Below, in pieces: positions 36,603 to 49,620 of a DNA stretch of 51,223 bases. Where the stretch lies: the NCBI RefSeq assembly GCF_001194135.2, contig NC_068993.1, positions 57,281,822 to 57,333,044 of the forward strand, written 5' to 3'. Source of the DNA: Octopus bimaculoides. Taxonomy: Eukaryota. Position 1 is the stretch's first letter. Each line of letters starts with the position of its first letter. Made by a program: the position numbers and the translations under genes. The notes beneath the pieces were generated by a model. The model did not search any database. It saw only the letters and a list, made by a program, of their open reading frames with translations, and was not told where the DNA came from.

Positions 36603-38118
36603 AGTCTATCTAACTATCTGTCTCTCTCTATCTAAAACGGAGCTATTAGTGAGGTATTACCAATCCGAACATAATACTTTAATAGCTCTCTGTTATTAAG
36701 CAAGGCCAATTCTTCAGTTTCTTGTGGCAGGACGCATAGTCATACTTCACCATTCTCTATTTAAATCCTTTGTTGTGTTCCAAATATACTGTTTTTTTTT
36801 CCTTTAAGTAGAATGATAAGCAAGACACGGCATAAATAATGGTCATTACTTATTTTTCTTTATTTTAATAATTTTGACTTACGGCTGTTTCCCGTAGTCG
36901 TTATAGGTTCGTCATTGAAATGTTTACTCATTCAGCCCATTGAACGACCTAGAAAATTATTAATGCTCTTTTCGCCAGAGACATTTCTGGTTATAACCAT
37001 GTAGAACGTTGAAATCATTGTCCAGAAATGTGGATGGCAGCGAATGGAGGCAATATAAGGCAATATAAGTGGAAGGAAGATAAAGAGTAAAGGAGGAGGA
37101 GAAGTGATTGTTTCAAAAAGGACTAAAGGGAAGAGAAAAAAAGAAAGGAAGAGAGGAACTAATAGAAAAAAATAGAGGCGGTGAAGCATTAAGTCGAATA
37201 ATGATAGATGGCCGAAATTGCTGAAATGACAGTAGTAAAAACATTGATGTTTGTTAGTAGGTAATCGCACACAAAAGCCATTTGCATTGTCTTCAGCTCA
37301 AATAGTATCCATACATTCTGTTGCGATTTGATATAGGCCATATACTCACATGGTCAATTGAAATTTTTAATATTCGGTCATTCGTCCTATTTCACAGAGG
37401 GAGTGAATCGTATTAGAAAAATGAATGAAAAATCAGCAGCAACTATACTGTGATGGGAAGGAAGAGGAAGCTTTGGTAAAAGGGAATTCTGAATAGAGAA
37501 TGAGGGAGAAATGTGCGATTAGAAATAAAAATAAAATAGTGTTAGTTTGAAAACCAGATAAAACTGAGTGACAAATATAATTCTAAAATAAATCAAATTT
37601 TAAAAAAAGAATCATTTTCAAAAATTTAAACATTAGAATAATTTCATTTTATAAAATTAAGGAACTAAAAAAAACTAAAATTAAAAAAGTTAAAAACAAA
37701 AACAAAATTACAAATTTAAAAATTTTAAATATTAGATTTTTAAAATTTATTAAAAAAAGAAATAATAATAAAAATGAATAAAATAAATAAATAAAATAAT
37801 ATTGATATTTTTCAACTCAATATCTAAATAGTATTCGAGCTGAAGGCAAATGGAAATGTGTTTCTGTGTGATGGACCCAATGAAAAACACTAATGATTTT
37901 ATGGATGTCCCTTCCATAAATTTGACCATCCGCTCTTTCTTCTATCGAACGTCCAACACATCTGTTCTTTCTCTCTTCCCTTTTTCCTTCTCTTCCATCT
38001 TTCCTTCTCCTCCCTTTTTATTTCTTTTCCTTTTAGGCCTTTCTTTCCAAATCACCATTTCATTCCCCCTTTTTACCACGACCACTGCTTCACAACTGGT
38101 GCTGGCTTTCATATGTAC

Positions 38119-38278
38119 CCCTAGCTAAACGGATCAACAAAAGTCGCACGATAGAATAAGTGCCGGGCTTTAAAAAGAATAAGTACTGGGGTCGATTCGT
38201 TCGATTAAACCCTTCAAAGCGGTATTGCATCATGGCCCCAGACTAGTGACTGAAACAAGTAAAAACAGAAGATAAATA
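38119..38278 (+). mobile_element. SINE family 2, 3' fragment
   Basis: GATAGAATAAGTGCCGGGCTT...GAATAAGTACTGGGGTCGATT...CATGGCC...TGACTGAAACAAGTAAAA. Confidence 0.8.
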
Positions 38279-38289
38279 TGTCACACATA

Positions 38290-38337
38290 AGGCGCAGGCA
38301 CAGCTGTGTGGTACGAAGCTTGCTCCCCAACCACATG
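38290..38337 (+). mobile_element. SINE family 2 head only
   Basis: AGGCGCAGGCACAGCTGTGTGGTACGAAGCTTGCTCCCCAACCACATG; similarity stops there. Confidence 0.7.
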
Positions 38338-39294
38338 AGGAAACTTATACTTCCTCCCACGGAATTAACACATCTTTCTATACCACTGACAAACATTTTT
38401 TTTTTACCTGTGTCTCAAAGTACGTTATTTATTGCATGCATCAAACGTTAAACCTGTGGCTTGTTGAATATTGGAAGCACTGGTCATTGATTGAAAGACC
38501 GTTTTAGCGAGTATATTTTAGAGTTCACACATATCAGAACCTCACAACTTTTACATATAAATCGCCGGTTTTTTTTTCTCCTGACTGTCTATACCTACCT
38601 GCAGCTTTTCGTCTGTGTATTTATTTTGACCAAGGATCAAAAGAGTTTTTAGCACTTTTAATATCGTAGATGTTTGCATTGCTGTTGTTAATAATTCTGT
38701 TTATGTTATACAAATTTGTATTTCAGACGGTCAAATTGTGAACGTCTGCTTTTCAAGGTGTCTGTTAGTTTAATGTCATTTTTTCCCTGTTTAATCTCTT
38801 TTGCCGTTTATTCTGGTTAATATTTTTTACGAAATATTCTTTCATGTATTCGAAAAATTATTTCGTTATTGGGTTTATTTAATGCTATTTCCTTAGTACA
38901 CATTACTGTCTCTATGTAAAATAATCCATACTGAACAGCAAATAAATACATAAAAATCTTGCAGGAAGAGACAAAATAGTGTCTAATAAACAGGCGTTCC
39001 ACTTAGTCAAAGTATTGGTCTGCAAAAGTAAATTTAAAAGCGAAATTTTCCAAGGAGGAAAACTTGGTGATCATTCAATTTTTTATAATTTTCTAAGAAA
39101 AATGTACAAAATTTCATCATCGACTTGTGTTGATGAGAACATCTTTCTTTCAAATTGTATCCACCATTCTTAATTCTTGTTTTGTTTATAGCTAAGAACT
39201 TTAGAATTTTTTCTGTGAGGTTATATTAGGAAAATGAGGGAAAAATCCTCTGAATCACAGAAATATAGTATTTAGTAATATTTAACTCTAAATT

Positions 39295-39510
39295 AAGGCG
39301 GCGAGCTGGCAGAGTAGACAGCACACCGGACAAAATACTTCGCAACATTTCGTCTGCCTTTACGTTCTTAGTTCAAATTCCGCCTATCATCCATTTGGTG
39401 TTCATATAATAAATACCACATGAAGGGCGGTGAGCTGGCAGAATCGTTAGCACGCCGGGCGAATTAAGGCTTAGCGGTGTTTCGTCTGCTGTTTCGTTCT
39501 GAGCTCGGTC
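39295..39510 (+). mobile_element. Two tandem SINE family 1 5' portions (39295-39420 and 39425-39510)
   Basis: Two GGCGG(C/T)GAGCTGGCAGA heads about 130 bp apart, each followed by TTTCGTCTGC...CGTTCT.AG. Confidence 0.85.
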
Positions 39511-40092
39511 TTTTACTATTTGTTTTTGATATTCTTTAGCGCCTAAACAATCGAACTTATCAAAAGTATTTGAGTCATCGTTTCACGTCGTTCATTATAC
39601 ACATCATCCGATGTGCCACAATATCTGTTTTCAAGGTGGTGGATGAGGTGTTATAATTGTAGCAGGTTTCACTACTATTTCTAGCAGGTCGATCAAGGAG
39701 GCAAAACAAATCGAGTGGCTTCCTCATTGAATGATAGTTACTTTTCGAAAAACAACGGAAGCAGCAGGAGCAGCAACGGCAGCAGCAGCAACAACGTCGA
39801 CAGCAACAGATTAACAGCAGCATCATCATCATCATCATCATCATCAGATTAACAGCAGTAGCTGAAGCGTTATTATTGACAATAACAACAGGAATAATTC
39901 ACAGAAACGAAGACAAATAATTGTCTTAAAGACTAATGTGGTGGAAACATCAAACAATATTGTGTTATCTATATTTAGTCAATAATAGAGAGAGAAAAAG
40001 GAAAATCTAAAGGTCGATGGAATTTTTTCAGGTGCCGTCACGTGGCTTTTGCTTTTCATTTTTACGCATTTGCACTCGTATACATACATAAT

Positions 40093-40163
<71 letters not shown>

Positions 40164-41553
40164 AATATATAAGCTGACACACCACTATATGTTTATATGT
40201 ATTTTCGTGTGTATCAGTCTGCGCATCAGTATGCACGTGAATGTGTGTATATATACATATTAATATCTATACATATAAANNNNNNNNNNNNNNNNNNNNN
40301 NNNNNNNNNNNNNNNNNNNNNNNNNNNNNNNNNNNNNNNNNNNNNNNNNNNNNNNNNNNNNNNNNNNNNNNNNNNNNNNNNNNNNNNNNNNNNNNNNNNN
40401 NNNNNNNNNNNNNNNNNNNNNNNNNNNNNNNNNNNNNNNNNNNNNNNNNNNNNNNNNNNNNNNNNNNNNNNNNNNNNNNNNNNNNNNNNNNNNNNNNNNN
40501 NNNNNNNNNNNNNNNNNNNNNNNNNNNNNNNNNNNNNNNNNNNNNNNNNNNNNNNNNNNNNNNNNNNNNNNNNNNNNNNNNNNNNNNNNNNNNNNNNNNN
40601 NNNNNNNNNNNNNNNNNNNNNNNNNNNNNNNNNNNNNNNNNNNNNNNNNNNNNNNNNNNNNNNNNNNNNNNNNNNNNNNNNNNNNNNNNNNNNNNNNNNN
40701 NNNNNNNNNNNNNNNNNNNNNNNNNNNNNNNNNNNNNNNNNNNNNNNNNNNNNNNNNNNNNNNNNNNNNNNNNNNNNNNNNNNNNNNNNNNNNNNNNNNN
40801 NNNNNNNNNNNNNNNNNNNNNNNNNNNNNNNNNNNNNNNNNNNNNNNNNNNNNNNNNNNNNNNNNNNNNNNNNNNNNNNNNNNNNNNNNNNNNNNNNNNN
40901 NNNNNNNNNNNNNNNNNNNNNNNNNNNNNNNNNNNNNNNNNNNNNNNNNNNNNNNNNNNNNNNNNNNNNNNNNNNNNNNNNNNNNNNNNNNNNNNNNNNN
41001 NNNNNNNNNNNNNNNNNNNNNNNNNNNNNNNNNNNNNNNNNNNNNNNNNNNNNNATATATATATATATATATATACTGACTTTGAGAAGTAGCCTTAAGT
41101 GACTCAGAACATTGCTTGATAACGGTATTTACTGTGTAATAGACGGCTGTTAGATTTCTGTAGCAAATCTATATTTCATAATATGAGAAATGAATAATTT
41201 CTTCCCTGTTTGTAGCAGTCTAGTGTCTTATGCAGTATACTAAGAATCTGACTCATTATTAATATAAATTTCGTAATATATGTACATGTCATAGGCAATG
41301 CAAAGCATAATGAGTAAAAACTGCAGATTAAGTGACGTTGGAAATATTGTATTCCATTTGAAAGTAGTACTGAAATTGATATTCTGAAAATTATTTAATA
41401 TCTAAAATGATTTGAAAATGATTGGTAATCTCCGTGGTGGGAAATGAACCACTTATAGTAATGAATGCATTTTTACAACGAAAAAGAAGAAAAATACTGG
41501 AAACAACGGTGTTGAAATGAAATCGATGCATACTAAAATATATTTTTCTGCAG

Positions 41554-41910
41554 TAGGCACAATGCCGGAAATTTTGTGGAAGGAAGCCAATCTATTAAAT
41601 CGACCCCAGAACTCAACTGGATTTTAATTTATCGACTCCGAAACGTTGAAAAGCAAAGTCGAACTCGGCGGGATTTGAACTCAGAACGTAATGAGAGACG
41701 AAATACCGCTAAGCATTTCGCCCGGCGTACTAACGTTTCTGTCAGTAGATAGGATCGAACCCAGTACGCAACTGGTACTTAATTTGTCGAACCCGAAAGG
41801 ATAAAAGGCAAAGTCGACCTCGGCGGAATTTGAACTCAGAACGTAGCGGCAGACGAAATACCGCTGAGCATTTCGCTCGCTGTGCTAACGTTTCTGCCAG
41901 CTCGCTGCCT
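41554..41910 (-). mobile_element. Two tandem SINE family 1 copies (41554-41745 and 41748-41910)
   Basis: Both carry AAAGTCGA.CTCGGCGG.ATTTGAACTCAGAACGTA...GACGAAATACCGCT.AGCATTTCGC...CTAACGTTTCTG.CAG. Confidence 0.9.
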
Positions 41911-42039
41911 TAATAGATGCTGAAATATTGGTGCAGCAATGCATGACAATTTAAAGAAAGTTATATTGAGAATTGCAATATGCTCCAGCTCATATGGAAT
42001 TCGGTCTCTACCTACGGATTTCTTGGAGATGTTAAACAA

Positions 42040-42620
42040 CCATATCAGTTGCTCAGAGTAGTAACGGCTTTAGTTTTACTAGCAGAGATTATGGCGATAT
42101 TCACATGTTTAACATCTGCGATAAAATTAGCCATTAGTAAAGTGGAATTCTTTGAAAGGCAGTCTAGCAATTGATATTGGTAACTGTTTGGATCTATTAA
42201 TTGACATTTCATGGCTTTGCTATACAGAAAATTGAAGTCTTCTACATTAAAGGCGCGCATTTGTCGACATGAGTAGAAATTTGCCTTTAGCGCATTCATT
42301 GAATTTAATAATCTCGACATTATTTTACGTGGTGTTCTTAACCATTAGTCTTACACCATTGCAAATGCAAAGTTGACCTATAATACACAGTTGCCTACAG
42401 GGCGTCCTTTTATATCGGTTGAAGTCAGTATGGCGGTATAATTGTTATAAAGAATTAATTTCGATGTTTTCCAGGATATTGAATGACTTCATCCACAGCT
42501 ACGTCATTATCACGTGATTTGTAGTTATGGATAGTTCGTAGTAGCGTCTGAAACAATCGCCAGTTGATGTTTCTGACCGCTCAGCATTTGGAATAAAGGG
42601 CAAGTATGGCATATTTTTCA
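42040..42620 (-). mobile_element. Decayed Helitron PIF1-like helicase C-terminal region
   Basis: Minus-strand translation AILAL...VRNIN...YKSRD.DVAVDEVIQYP (42473-42610), CNGVRLMVK (42346-42363), RRLQFSV*QSHEMSINRS (42190-42243), FTNG*FY (42121-42138); matches Helitron motifs AILAP.N..V..IN, YP.EFLNSL, LCNGTRL, R.QFP...FAMTINKSQG, FSHGQLYVA in the correct order. Confidence 0.75.
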
Positions 42621-43929
42621 CCACTGCTTTTGTTATGTAATGCTGGTGGCATACTGGGACATCTTCGTCATGAATTCATTTGATATATTCAGTAGAAGGT
42701 CAATAATGCTATTCTGTCGCAAGGAATCATAACATTTCAAATTGCTCAAATTTGTAGCCAAATTGACCAAATTATTCTATACTAGATAAAAATCTTTTTT
42801 CAATAAAATCTTCGACCACAGGTTTGTAGATATATTGAAAACGTTACTTTCAGTCGAAATCGATGATAAAAACCTAGATTGCATGGGTTCAAGAAAAACT
42901 TAGATTACATCAACTTTTATTCTTACAGACATCAATGTTAATGTCTCACATAAGTAACCTTACATAATCATTTGAGAGCGACTGTCATGCATGTTTGCAG
43001 AGCTGACTTGTTCATTTAACCTCAACCGTATTTTAGATCACTTCTTCAGTTACTAAATTCATTCAAATGAATATGATCTGCCATGTGATATCCAAAAGTG
43101 TTATCCGTCTTTTCAATTCACATAACGATGGTATTGTTCTGCACAGTAATAATTTTATATATCATTTACAATTTCACTGAGTCGTATTTGCCTCTCAAAA
43201 TTATCTGATTTGTGTTATGCATCTCCCTGCTCATTATAACAGTAAAAGCCTTGCATTCAGGTGCACTTGAAGGGTTCTTTCTTCAATGAATGATAATTTG
43301 GAACTCCTGTGTCTGACTCACTTCAATGCACGCCTGAAAATTACGACACGGTTCTTGTTTACATGAAGCGTGTCTTTTAATCTCTTCTACCGTTTCCGTT
43401 GCCGATATTTTCTTCATCCTTTTCTTTAGTACACCTCTAATTTTTCTTCACATTTCTAAAGGAAAACGATACGCTCTTTTACCTAATTATTACATTTAAA
43501 TTTATATTTCTTCAATTCTTCTTTAATTCACAATTGCAGTTTTATTCATATGGGGATAGCATGTACAGGCGAAAGGTACACTTGAACTCCTACTCACAAC
43601 TCGTGGTTTCTCGCTTTGATTAAATAAAATGATTTGAATAAAGGAACGGCAAAATAAATAAAAATGTGAGAAAAAAGCAAGGCAGGCAAATGTAACTAAT
43701 TGGCGGCAGGAATATATGAAAGTATGAGTGAGTGAGAGAGAAAGAGAGAGAAAGAGAGATGGAGAAAGGGAGAAAAAGAGAATGGAATGGCTGTAACACC
43801 GGTTAAAAAGACTAGAGTAATATAGGGGAGAGATAGAAATGGTAATTCGCTGGTCTAGAGGGGAATAAGAAATGAGAGAAGTGGAATATGTATTGAAATG
43901 GGATAGAAGTAGTGAAGATTAGAAGAAAA

Positions 43930-43936
43930 GAAGAGA

Positions 43937-44017
<81 letters not shown>

Positions 44018-44180
44018 AGAGAGAGATGTGAGATGTGAGAGCAAAGCATAGATGGAAAGAGAATCAGTGAAAAAAGAGCAAGGCAGAGAAAGATCTAGAA
44101 AGGGAGATAGGCAGGTGTGAGAGAAAGAAAGAGAAGAAAGGAGAGAGAGGGAGAGAGAGAGAGAGAAAGAGAGACGAAAT
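43930..44180. repeat. (GA)n microsatellite and purine-rich flank
   Basis: Visible; perfect core at ~43940-44005. Confidence 0.95.
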
Positions 44181-44470
44181 AAAAGGAGAGGGAAAAAGAT
44201 AAAGAGAGCCCAGTTGAAGGCTGGAAGCAGCAAAACTTTTATTTAGGTGGAGGAAGCGGTAGAAAAGTCAAGTTGATATTCATCAATGTGGTTTCAGCGA
44301 AGAAGCCATATTTTTTAAATGACGAACCAACCGCTCACGCATAATTTAAATGAGTAGCAAAGGAGCTTCAGTAAAAGAGAGATGGGTTCCGCATATGCTG
44401 AACAGAAAATAGAAGAGATAATTTTGAAAACAACTGAGAGAAATATATAGTATTATACAATAACAAGAAA

Positions 44471-44695
44471 GCTGGCTTGCTGGCAGAATAGTTAGCACAC
44501 CTGGCGAAATGCTTAGCGGTAGTGCGTCTGTATTTACGTTCAAATTCCGCCGAGGTTGACTTTGCCTTTCATTCTTTCAGGGTCGATAAATTAAGTACCA
44601 GTTACGCACAGGGGTCGATCTAATCGACATAATCCCTTTGTCTGTCCTAGTTTGTCTCTTCTATGTTCAGCTCCTTCTGGGCAATAAAGAAATAA
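44471..44695 (+). mobile_element. Full-length SINE family 1, tail variant A
   Basis: GCTGGCAGAATAGTTAGCAC head, TTCAAATTCCGCCGAGGTTGACTTTGCC, tail CTGGGCAATAAAGAAATAA. Confidence 0.9.
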
Positions 44696-44709
44696 ACATT
44701 CTTTCTCCA

Positions 44710-44780
44710 GGCGAAATGCTTAGCGGTAGTTCGTCTGCCGCTATGTTCGGCGTGCTAACGTTTCTGCCACCTCACCGCCT
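44710..44780. mobile_element. Rearranged SINE family 1 fragment (sense internal piece fused to antisense head)
   Basis: 44710-44748 is the sense body; 44749-44780 is the reverse complement of the head. Confidence 0.8.
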
Positions 44781-45928
44781 TATTTAGCTTTCTAACAGTG
44801 ATACTCGGATCATCAAGCTTACGATGATCCGATTTCCGTCTTTTTTGTTATAGTTACTGCTATTTTATTGTAACGTAAGCTATTCTTTCATTGTTCTTTA
44901 CGATCTTCCATGCTTTTAATTCTTCCATTTTTTCTCTTATATTGCCAGATTTATGATGCCTAGGTTTAAATTTCTTTCTTAAAATATGTTATTATTTCCT
45001 TTGATATATATTTTTGTATGCCTGGCTCTGATTTCAATTTTGCTTGTCCGTATTCTAAGGGCTTTTTGTTTGTTACCTACTGTATTTTGCAAAAGTATAT
45101 CTATCACAGTGATTAATCTTCTAAACGTTTTTATTTTTGTTTTACATCTCGTTACGGCCATTTTCGTTGTGCGCATGTATTTTTACGTGTTATATTTCAT
45201 TTCAAATAGTTATCGAATCTGAGAAAGCATTTTTTACTGATTGTATGAATCCAACATAACATTTAAGCAACGATATTATCATAAATCCGTGGTTTGTGTA
45301 GAATGTGGCTGGAAAAAACACACGTCATTTAGAGACATATTACTCAAATCCCCATTTCTGCTTTTCTCGCATTATTTGTGTAGCTTGATGAGCAAACACT
45401 GGCCGTTTATTTCGATTGCCATCATTTCCAAAAGTGTTGTTTCTTTTGTTTCCAATGACGACAAGTATTCCAGCCTACAATTATCGAAAATTTATTCATC
45501 GATTTCAAGGTACCACGCATTTCACTTTTAACCTTGGGCCGAACGATGAGGTTTTAATTTGTATTATTTGTTATTCTTTCCTATGTAGGGGCAAATCGAT
45601 GTAGTGTCTAATATAAACCATAATCCGTTAGTTTGTTTACACGTAGTGTCAGATTGCCGACCACAATGAACATTTACAATGCATTAATTATACAACACAA
45701 AGATCAATAAATTTCACAAGTACTGCTTACGCAATCATCCTTCAAAATATTCTTCATATTTTTTCCGCTTCTATTTGAATTGTTATATTTTAATTGTGGC
45801 TATTGGATATTTTTGTAGCAGTCAAATAACATCCTCTCCTTCTCCTTCACTTTCTCACTCTTTTCTTCTTCTTCTCCTACTTCTTTTTCTTCGCCTTAAC
45901 ATCATCATCGTCGCTGCCTTAATAATAG

Positions 45929-45970
<42 letters not shown>

Positions 45971-46498
45971 TAATAATAATAATAGTAATCATGATGATGA
46001 TAATAATAATTATAACCATAATTTCTCTGGACATGCAACGTTCAGAGACAACTCAGTAATAATTAATTATATACGAAACTCGCTGTAAACTTGATGTCAT
46101 GACCAGCACTAGTTATGGTGTCGTACGACGCACACTGTCTTCGATGACATTATTGACGTGGATAACACTAGTAAGATGATGCTGCTGTTGCTGTCTTTGC
46201 GAAAGTAACGGTCGCGGTGAAGAGACAGCGAGTACGGGAAACGGTTGTTTCGATCGCGTCTGCAAATAGCCACAGAGCAGCCATACTGTCTGTTCTAAAA
46301 GAGAGCGATTCGATTCGAATGTAAAGTGGGAGACTAATCACCTAAAAATAAGTGAAGAGTGTATGTTGTTGTCAATTCCGACATTTAAAAGGAAAAAAAA
46401 ATTACCTCTCTTTATAATTATGTGTATATATCTATATATATATATATATGCAGATACGTAATTTAAGCGTATATTATATAATCATGTTTCCGTTTATA

Positions 46499-46499
<1 letters not shown>

Positions 46500-46561
<62 letters not shown>

Positions 46562-46784
46562 NNNNNNNNNNNNNNNNNNNNNNNNNNNNNNNNNNNNNNN
46601 NNNNNNNNNNNNNNNNNNNNNNNNNNNNNNNNNNNNNNNNNNNNNNNNNNNNNNNNNNNNNNNNNNNNNNNNNNNNNNNNNNNNNNNNNNNNNNNNNNNN
46701 NNNNNNNNNNNNNNNNNNNNNNNNNNNNNNNNNNNNNNNNNNNNNNNNNNNNNNNNNNNNNNNNNNNNNNNNNNNNNNNNNNNN

Positions 46785-46842
<58 letters not shown>
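46500..46842. repeat. (CA)n array spanning a gap
   Basis: Visible on both sides of 46562-46784. Confidence 0.95.
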
Positions 46843-46843
<1 letters not shown>

Positions 46844-48395
46844 TAATATAATGGGTTTGGTCATCCAGAAGACCCAAAAGGCAGTTAAGACTATGCAGGT
46901 ACTAGGGAAGGACCGCTGTTAAGCTTCCTGTTCAATAATAGCGTGTACATAATCATACATATCTCTACACTTAGCTGCACGCTTCGCATGAAGCTTGATG
47001 TGAGCGAGAGCGGAAGATGCGCACTTGCCTGTGTACGTAAATACGTGCAATGCACTCTGCAATGAACTTCAGTCATGTGATAAATGTTTTGATACTTATT
47101 ACGTAATAGGAATTATGTTTTATGATTATTGCCTCTTGCATTTGTTAGTAGGTGTACGTGTCAGCAATTGGACATGCGCATTCGCTCACATCTGCTTTCG
47201 TGCATGTCTGTTAATGTGTTAATGTTTATAGTAGGAAGGGGTGCATGCGGAATATATGCAGCAGTTAATAAGCAGTTGAGTGTTTGAGTATATAATTAAT
47301 TATATTAGCCTATGCAATTAGGAATTTTCCATAAAGTATCTGTTTTTCTTTGCATATATACACACAACGTGTGCATGTGACCATACATATTACATATGTA
47401 CACACGCACACGAACACAAACTCATACATATACATAGACACACAAACGTATATCCACACACACACATATATATATATATATGTGTGTGTATGTGCATGTA
47501 TGTATATATTTAAGGATAGGTACATATTGGCACAGAAACACACACACAAACACACGCTCCCGCCACATGTGCACACACACTCACACACACTCACCATCAC
47601 ACTCTCACACACAGCTACAATACTATATATATATATATNNNNNNNNNNNNNNNNNNNNNNNNNNNNNNNNNNNNNNNNNNNNNNNNNNNNNNNNNNNNNN
47701 NNNNNNNNNNNNNNNNNNNNNNNNNNNNNNNNNNNNNNNNNNNNNNNNNNNNNNNNNNNNNNNNNNNNNNNNNNNNNNNNNNNNNNNNNNNNNNNNNNNN
47801 NNNNNNNNNNNNNNNNNNNNNNNNNNNNNNNNNNNNNNNNNNNNNNNNNNNNNNNNNNNNNNNNNNNNNNNNNNNNNNNNNNNNNNNNNNNNNNNNNNNN
47901 NNNNNNNNNNNNNNNNNNNNNNNNNNNNNNNNNNNNNNNNNNNNNNNNNNNNNNNNNNNNNNNNNNNNNNNNNNNNNNNNNNNNNNNNNNNNNNNNNNNN
48001 NNNNNNNNNNNNNNNNNNNNNNNNNNNNNNNNNNNNNNNNNNNNNNNNNNNNNNNNNNNNNNNNNNNNNNNNNNNNNNNNNNNNNNNNNNNNNNNNNNNA
48101 TATGCACACAACACACGTAAGTGTTCTACGTGCAACCTAAGAGCTGTACTTATATGTATTCCTTCTCATCCTTTCTCGGAAACTTCGAACTTGAATTTAA
48201 TTATTCAAATTTTAATAAAATGAAGAATTATGCCACACTTGGATAAATGTAAATATATATATTGCCTCCTTCTATATGCGTTCTCACGGAAATTTACTTT
48301 GACGTTATACAATGAAAAAATATTATACTGTTTATCATAATAACTAGCCCCTAATTATCTATATGTATATATCTAGATATGTGCATATATCTAGA

Positions 48396-49295
48396 AAATA
48401 GGCATTAAAACACCAGAGGAAACAAAACGAAACACCACACCTCATCTTAATATACTACCGTATAAATCAGCCCACAACCCTAGGAATAATAAGGTTTAAA
48501 ACACTATTATGCAAAATCGACCAATGCTCACTAGGAATCCAAAAACGAAAAACATTCTGAAAACGCATAGATACGTCAAATGTAAAAAGCAACCAGAATC
48601 GCTGAAAAGACTCCTGACAAATGTNNNNNNNNNNNNNNNNNNNNNNNNNNNNNNNNNNNNNNNNNNNNNNNNNNNNNNNNNNNNCCACACCTCATCTTAA
48701 TATACTACCGTATAAATCAGCCCACAACCCTAGGAACAATAAGGTTTAAAACACTATTATGCAAAATCGACCAATGCTCAGTAGGAATCCAAAAACGAAA
48801 AACATTCTGAAAACGCATAGAAACGTCAAATGTAAAAAGCAACCAGAATCGCTGAAAAGACTCCTGACAAATGTGAAGTTTTACACAACAACCACGAAAC
48901 TAATGATTAAAAAATATAGACGTCCAAAATGTGGAACATGCTCGAACCTACTGGAAGTCTCAGACTTCCAATTCAAACAATGAGTGATGTTCACAATTAA
49001 GACTAATTTCACTTGTGCATCCGAGCATTTACTTTATGCTGTAACTTGTTCAGGTTGTGAACGTATCTATATATGACAGGCAAGTATGGCAGTTAGACGG
49101 AGAACTGGACTACATAAGGAACAGATTAGCTTCCCAAAGTATAGACAGATATATTTGGTTGAACACATAGAGAGATGTGCAGTGAATCCCCAACCAAATA
49201 TCATAGTTTTCCTCATTACTTTCTATACAAGAAAGTTTAAATAAAGAAAATATATTTATCGAAAAATACAGAACACGCATAAATATGAACGCATA
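48396..49295 (+). mobile_element. Penelope-like element: linker with Cys motifs and GIY-YIG endonuclease, pseudogenised
   Basis: One near-continuous frame: LPYKSAHNPRN...QNRPML...KKQPESLKRLLTNVKF...RPKCGTC...FTIKTNFTCASEHLLYAVTCSGCERIYI*QASMAVRRRTGLHKEQI...EHIERC; stops include the G of YIG (TGA). Confidence 0.88.
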
Positions 49296-49620
49296 GCCAA
49301 ACATTGGTCAGAGCATATATTTTAATTCATGATCATATATCCATCACAACATATTTCATCTCACTACTTTCGTTTATGAGTTTTTGTTTGTTTACTTATC
49401 CCACCCCCAAAATGAAAAATTACCTCTCCCGTTCTGAGTAATAGCGATCACCAATTACCTCTTCTCAGATTTTTCTACTTCTTGATTCACTCACAAACTT
49501 TCATACAAGAACATGGACTAAAACCATCTAAAGAAAATACGAAATTACAATAAATACACTTTCATGTTTATCGAAAGCGAAACCGGTAGACAACCATAAT
49601 ACACTTTCATTTAAATTGTA

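Noticed and set aside
38727-38757. Possible 31-bp micro-exon after TTTCAG
   Set aside because: Weak donor (GTGTCT) and no supporting context.
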